Below the pieces are notes generated by a model. It made no database searches and was not told where the DNA came from. It was given only the letters and a program-made list of their open reading frames with translations. A stretch of 64,000 nt of DNA from an uncultured virus (IMG/VR IMGVR_UViG_3300021371_000011) (Duplodnaviria > Heunggongvirae > Uroviricota > Caudoviricetes): IMG/VR virus record IMGVR_UViG_3300021371_000011; one strand, 5' to 3'. Below are positions 59,855 to 64,000 of the stretch, in pieces. Each line of letters opens with the position of its first letter. The first letter of the stretch is position 1. The position numbers and the translations under genes are program-made.

Positions 59855-59909
59855 GACGCTTGCGAAGCAGAATGACAAGGCTTATATAGTAGCACTTATA
59901 TGTATATAT

Positions 59910-60290
59910 ATGAGCAAAGAGGTGATTAGAATGAATGATATAAAACTTTTAATGAAAAAAGAAACGGTAGATGGGACTTATAAAAAAGATGGAACGAGGA
60001 TAAATAGAGAAGTAGGCTATGCAGTAGGCTTAGTCAAAGGTGATGGATTTACTACTTTTAACGTAAATGAAATTATGACTAAGTTTTTGGCTACAAGAGT
60101 AAATTATCCAAATGCTGAATATATAGGTATATGGACTAGAAAAAACGGCCAAATGGTTTTTGACCCAATTGCTATTTATGAAAATATTAAAGATGCTTTC
60201 AAAGTAGCGACAAGAAATCGTCAAGATGCAATTTGGGATTTCAAAGAAGGCAAAGAAATAACGCTTGCGAAGCAGAATGAGAAGGTTTAA
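59910..60290 (+). CDS. Hypothetical early protein
   Basis: ATG 29 nt from TATA 59881; IGIW..QDAIWD. Confidence 0.7.
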   Translation: MSKEVIRMNDIKLLMKKETVDGTYKKDGTRINREVGYAVGLVKGDGFTTFNVNEIMTKFLATRVNYPNAEYIGIWTRKNGQMVFDPIAIYENIKDAFKVATRNRQDAIWDFKEGKEITLAKQNEKV

Positions 60291-60327
60291 GTACTAGGGC
60301 TTATATGAATATACAGGAGATAAAAAC

Positions 60328-60801
60328 ATGACGACAGGAATATGGATTAGAGATAAAACTTTAGATAAAAACGTAGTATCAGCAGAAGGTTGCGTAGAAG
60401 ATATTACAGACGTAAAAATAAGATTTAAGATTTTTCAGCATCAAGATTGGTGGCTTGATAAATATGACGGGTTTAATTTAGGAGATGACTTTTATTTATG
60501 GCTTGAGAATCTTGCTGATAATACAAATATTCACATCCCCCGCAATAGATACGATAGTACTTATTATATAGGTATCTATGAGAATGAAAAAGTTAGAATT
60601 AGGATAAAAACAAATAGAAATATAGAGAGAGATTCAGATTCACATTGGTTAAAAAAGTGGGGCGGAAAATTACAAAAACCCCTCGGTACACCAACAGTTT
60701 CAACGCTTATGAAGCAGAATAACGTATATCCAATAAATATGAAGCCAAGTGGCATCACGATAAAGAAGGAAACGCTTGCGAAGCAGAATCAACAGGTTTA
60801 A
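60328..60801 (+). CDS. Hypothetical early protein
   Basis: Downstream of unit 60261; GGAG RBS. Confidence 0.65.
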   Translation: MTTGIWIRDKTLDKNVVSAEGCVEDITDVKIRFKIFQHQDWWLDKYDGFNLGDDFYLWLENLADNTNIHIPRNRYDSTYYIGIYENEKVRIRIKTNRNIERDSDSHWLKKWGGKLQKPLGTPTVSTLMKQNNVYPINMKPSGITIKKETLAKQNQQV

Positions 60802-60825
60802 ATAGTAGGGCGGAGATGGATATAT

Positions 60826-60933
60826 ATGAGCAAATACACACCGATGATAGATGATAGACATATAACAGAGTGGAATGAATTAATGAAAAAAGTGGTAGAG
60901 AAAGTTAAAGACGCTTGCGAAGCAGAATCGTAA
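60826..60933 (+). CDS. 35-aa microprotein between two motif copies
   Basis: ATG 29 nt from TATA 60797; ends DACEAES. Confidence 0.5.
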   Translation: MSKYTPMIDDRHITEWNELMKKVVEKVKDACEAES

Positions 60934-61067
60934 GACTTAAATAGTAGGGCTAATATGAATATATATAAGTAAAAAGGTGATTAAATGGAAGAAGAAGATT
61001 ATATGACTAAAGAATGGATATTAAGAAAGTGGAAAGCAACAAGAATTATTAAGGGGGATGGAGAAGA

Positions 61068-61346
61068 ATGACAAAGACACCGATAGAAGCATTACAAGAT
61101 TTTGATTTTACAGTCAATACTCATAAAGATGCTACGACAATAAAGTATGACCCGAATGCACCTTTAATTAGGGCTAAAACTAATTATGCTAAAGATAAGT
61201 ATAATGAATCTAGTAAAAAAGAAAAACAACGCTTGCGAAGCAGAATCGTAAGCCTTAAAAGGAATGACGAATTAGTTAGTTTTGTGGGAGAAGTAATACC
61301 CACACCAATAAAAGAAAAAAAAGGAGATAAAAAAAATGAAATATGA
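61068..61346 (+). CDS. Hypothetical protein reading through motif 61229
   Basis: Coupled to the 28-aa ORF 60985-61071. Confidence 0.5.
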   Translation: MTKTPIEALQDFDFTVNTHKDATTIKYDPNAPLIRAKTNYAKDKYNESSKKEKQRLRSRIVSLKRNDELVSFVGEVIPTPIKEKKGDKKNEI

Positions 61347-61530
61347 AATAGGAATGAAAGTAAGTTTCGGGCGACCGAATGGAGAAAAGACTGAGGGTAT
61401 TATCATAAAGATAAACCCTAAAAGCCTCAAGGTGCGAACCTTAGAGAGTCGTGGTAGAACGGGTAGGTCTGTTCAAGGGACTGTCTGGAAAGTACCGAGA
61501 GATGAAAGATACGCGAAGGTGATACAATGA
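61336..61530 (+). CDS. Small SH3/KOW-like beta-barrel protein
   Basis: IGMKVSF..EGIIIKINPKSLKV..WKVP. Confidence 0.6.
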   Translation: MKYEIGMKVSFGRPNGEKTEGIIIKINPKSLKVRTLESRGRTGRSVQGTVWKVPRDERYAKVIQ

Positions 61531-62516
61531 GTATGAGAAATATGTTAGGGGCTTATGCCCGATTTGGAAAAGAAGCACAAGGAACGACTGTGAAAGAGGT
61601 ATTGCAGAATGCAAATGCCGATTTCAATATTGGTATGGAATCTGTCTATACTAAAGATGGAAAGGTTATACCTAACCAATTTAGGACATTTAGAGAAGAT
61701 ACCGATGAGACTTTTGGTGTCGTAAAAGGCACATACAAAGTTATGCAAAATGAAAGATTGTTAAATATATCTGACGATTTGGTAAAGAGAGAAAAAGTAA
61801 TTTGGGATAGAATTGGACTTGTAGATAACGGTAGAAAAATCGTAGCATCTTTTAAGATGCCCGAAGGTTTCTCTATCGGTGGAATGGATGATGTAGACCA
61901 ATATATCATGCTTCAAAATACTAATGACGGTTCGGGTGGAATCCGTATTTTACCCTCAAATGTAAGAATTGCTTGCAGTAATCAATTTACATATATGCAA
62001 AGTCTATTGAATAAAATGGGTATCAATAAAAATGCTCTAACTATCAGACATTCAGCACGTCAAGAAGATAGGATTGCACAATTGGTAGAGGCTCTAAAAA
62101 TTGTAGACCATCTCAATCAGACATTCATGGAAACAGCGACAGAATTAATCAATGTTGAAATGTCTCAAGATGACAGAATTAATTTCTACATAGATACTTT
62201 AGGGCTAAAACAAAATGAAGATATGATGAAGGGCGGCAAAGATTATGATGCTAACAACCCTTACGGATTAGGCACTAGAGGTCAAAATACTCTAACCACT
62301 TTGTTAGACTTAGAAAAATCAGATACGAATACTATCAACGGTATGGAAAATAGTGCTTGGGCTGCTTTCAATGTGGCTACGGAGTACATAGACCACGCAT
62401 GGAGTCATAGCAAAGACGGCAAATCTAGCGATAGCAAAGTAGAATCAGCAATCGTAGGTGCGGGTGCAAGAATGAAGTCAAACGCATGGGAGACTATCAC
62501 GGAGATGTACGCCTAA
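61527..62516 (+). CDS. DUF932-family protein
   Basis: FGVV..YKVMQN, NDGSG, RIACSNQ, IRHS, AWAAFNVATEYIDH. Confidence 0.85.
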   Translation: MSMRNMLGAYARFGKEAQGTTVKEVLQNANADFNIGMESVYTKDGKVIPNQFRTFREDTDETFGVVKGTYKVMQNERLLNISDDLVKREKVIWDRIGLVDNGRKIVASFKMPEGFSIGGMDDVDQYIMLQNTNDGSGGIRILPSNVRIACSNQFTYMQSLLNKMGINKNALTIRHSARQEDRIAQLVEALKIVDHLNQTFMETATELINVEMSQDDRINFYIDTLGLKQNEDMMKGGKDYDANNPYGLGTRGQNTLTTLLDLEKSDTNTINGMENSAWAAFNVATEYIDHAWSHSKDGKSSDSKVESAIVGAGARMKSNAWETITEMYA

Positions 62517-62530
62517 GATTTATCGTAAAA

Positions 62531-62573
62531 GTAAGTAGGGGGTTAGTACCCTCTACTTACGCCTTCGGGCGTA
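62531..62573 (+). terminator. Hairpins after the DUF932 gene
   Basis: GTAAGTAGGGGG..CCCTCTACTTAC and ACGCC-TTCG-GGCGT. Confidence 0.55.
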
Positions 62574-62648
62574 GCCTATCTTTTGTAGGGTTTACGCTTG
62601 CGAGGCAGAATGAATAGATTTAAGTAAAAAGAAAAAGGAGTGAGATAT

Positions 62649-63062
62649 ATGACAAGAGCGAGACACGGCAGACACGGAGAAATATGCAAGAGACAAAACG
62701 GAAGAATAATGATGACTGTAAGACCGACACCATCGATTTTAGATGATACAGATATAGCCATGCTTATCGGTTATATTACTAATGTAGGTAGGCCGGATTA
62801 TTATAGTGAAGAAGTTATATCCAAATCTGATGCTAAACAGGCAATACACGATTGGGAATATAATACAGGTAGTATTACACCTTTGACAAAGAAAATGGTT
62901 ATGATGTATCTAAGAAGTAATTATTACTTAGGACAAATTGAAGAACAAACCGATTTGATTGATACCTATGATGAAGATTGTGGGGTATGTCAAGCATTGT
63001 TAGAAAGAGTACATGAGATATTCCCTTCTTTTGTGGTAAAAGAAACTGAGGTGGTCGCATGA
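62649..63062 (+). CDS. Hypothetical early protein
   Basis: ATG 30 nt from TATA 62619. Confidence 0.65.
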   Translation: MTRARHGRHGEICKRQNGRIMMTVRPTPSILDDTDIAMLIGYITNVGRPDYYSEEVISKSDAKQAIHDWEYNTGSITPLTKKMVMMYLRSNYYLGQIEEQTDLIDTYDEDCGVCQALLERVHEIFPSFVVKETEVVA

Positions 63063-63307
63063 GTAATCCTTACGTTTCTCCTATGGCCGCAAATCAGTTT
63101 AGGATATATCATGGTGATACGATAACATTTCAATCATACAATTCAATAGTATGCACCAAAATTGAAGATAGAGTAATTTTACATGAGCCATATTGGGATA
63201 TGTATTCGGCAACCACTAACAAATATTTACTAAGATTCTTAGAAGATGATTCAATTAATACTATTAGGGCAAAAGTAAAGTCGGGAGAATATGAGGTGAT
63301 TGCATGA
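63059..63307 (+). CDS. Hypothetical protein
   Basis: GAGGTGG RBS; FQSYNS..YSATT.KY motif. Confidence 0.65.
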   Translation: MSNPYVSPMAANQFRIYHGDTITFQSYNSIVCTKIEDRVILHEPYWDMYSATTNKYLLRFLEDDSINTIRAKVKSGEYEVIA

Positions 63308-63441
63308 GTTCATATGACGGATATAAAAAAGTTCTCAAGGATTTGCATAACCATTCACCCGAAACAAAGGCTTTAGTAGATAAATATATGAAGATTCATC
63401 TTGATGCGTTTCTTAATGATAAAGAGAGTAGTGAGTTTTAA
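63304..63441 (+). CDS. 45-aa microprotein (not in ORF track)
   Basis: GAGGTGA RBS; coupled to neighbours at both ends. Confidence 0.55.
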   Translation: MSSYDGYKKVLKDLHNHSPETKALVDKYMKIHLDAFLNDKESSEF

Positions 63442-63977
63442 TGAATCTAAATATTATTAGAAATCAAGTTTACAATTGGATAAACGAATCTGATACAGAT
63501 TTTAATTTACATTTCGGAGAAAACAAACTTTACTTGGTTGTAGAATGGATTGACGGTAAATCACTTTTTATGGAAGATTATTTTGATTTTAATATAAAGG
63601 GCAGAATGGCTTTTATGAATGAATTGATTATGACTTATTGTGATTTAGATGAAGATACTGATGAGGTAAAAGTAATTTGGTTTAACAAATTATTCGGAAT
63701 CGGTAGTGAGTATCATGGAATCGCTGATGACGCTTTAGAACACAAAGAGGGCTTCACACCAATAGGTGTCTATGATGTTGAAGGTGTAGGTCTATGTACG
63801 GGTGTATCATTTGCAGAAAGACAGACCGCTTCTTTCACAGGAAAACCGCCTGTATTCTATGAATGGACATACATTTGCGACACTTGCACTTACGAAGAAG
63901 ATGAATGTAAATGTGATGACGCTTGCGATACAGAATCGGCAGACTTAAATAAGATGGAAAAGGAGAGAGATATATGA
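63441..63977 (+). CDS. Acidic hypothetical protein
   Basis: TAATG coupling; reads through motif 63919. Confidence 0.6.
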   Translation: MNLNIIRNQVYNWINESDTDFNLHFGENKLYLVVEWIDGKSLFMEDYFDFNIKGRMAFMNELIMTYCDLDEDTDEVKVIWFNKLFGIGSEYHGIADDALEHKEGFTPIGVYDVEGVGLCTGVSFAERQTASFTGKPPVFYEWTYICDTCTYEEDECKCDDACDTESADLNKMEKERDI

Positions 63978-64000
63978 GTAAAAGAGAAGAAGAGATGGTA

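Larger units (their letters stand above)
57652..63951 (+). promoter_or_regulatory. Array of 12 promoter units: ACGCTTGCGAAGCAGAAT-N7-TATA
   Basis: Copies at 57652, 57999, 58880, 59374, 59856, 60261, 60703 (degenerate, no good TATA), 60772, 60911, 61229, 62594, 63919. Confidence 0.88.

Noticed and set aside
57652..63936. CRISPR array made of the 18-bp repeats, given the Cas4-like gene
   Set aside because: Spacing is irregular (69 to over 1300 bp), the intervals contain genes, and no cas1/cas2 are present; stand-alone Cas4-like nucleases are common in viruses
1..64000. tRNA/rRNA genes, integrase, transposase, tail sheath, inteins
   Set aside because: None recognised by eye; PolB, TerL and the helicase are not enlarged. 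A tRNAscan/HMM run is needed to exclude them formally
1..64000. Alternative genetic code or stop-codon reassignment
   Set aside because: Core genes are full length and tightly packed under the standard code, and all three stop codons are used

Overview
This window is a large part of a tailed dsDNA virus genome (HK97-type head; siphovirus-like tail, no sheath gene recognised). An archaeal host is indicated by TATA boxes 29-31 nt upstream of start codons, GGTGA-type RBSs, and MCM-like helicase, RFC, PriS-PriL primase, PolB and XPF/ERCC4 genes. The gene set resembles marine Group II (Poseidoniales) 'magroviruses'; this is inference from recalled family features, with no database search. Layout: (1) 1-17.7 kb, + strand: replication, recombination and chaperone genes (MCM-like, PAC2-like, RFC, RPA-like, GroES/GroEL, ATPase, clamp-like, PolB, Cas4-like, primase, ERCC4). 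(2) 17.7-49.8 kb, - strand: virion module (portal, protease polyprotein, MCP, collagen-like fibre, tail tube, frameshifted tail chaperones, tape measure, giant tail protein). (3) 50.1-53.5 kb, + strand: phosphoesterase and terminase. (4) 53.6-64 kb: accessory region with a dense CCCTACAAAA repeat field and an array of small genes. The most notable signals are mostly non-coding: an 18-bp motif ACGCTTGCGAAGCAGAAT (13 copies) fixed 7 nt upstream of TATA boxes and overwriting upstream ORF ends in all three frames; a 62-bp bipartite element shared by the heads of the replication and virion operons; a ~110-nt structured RNA candidate before RFC; and a prohead-protease polyprotein with putative xEA cleavage sites. 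All product calls come from motifs read by eye.
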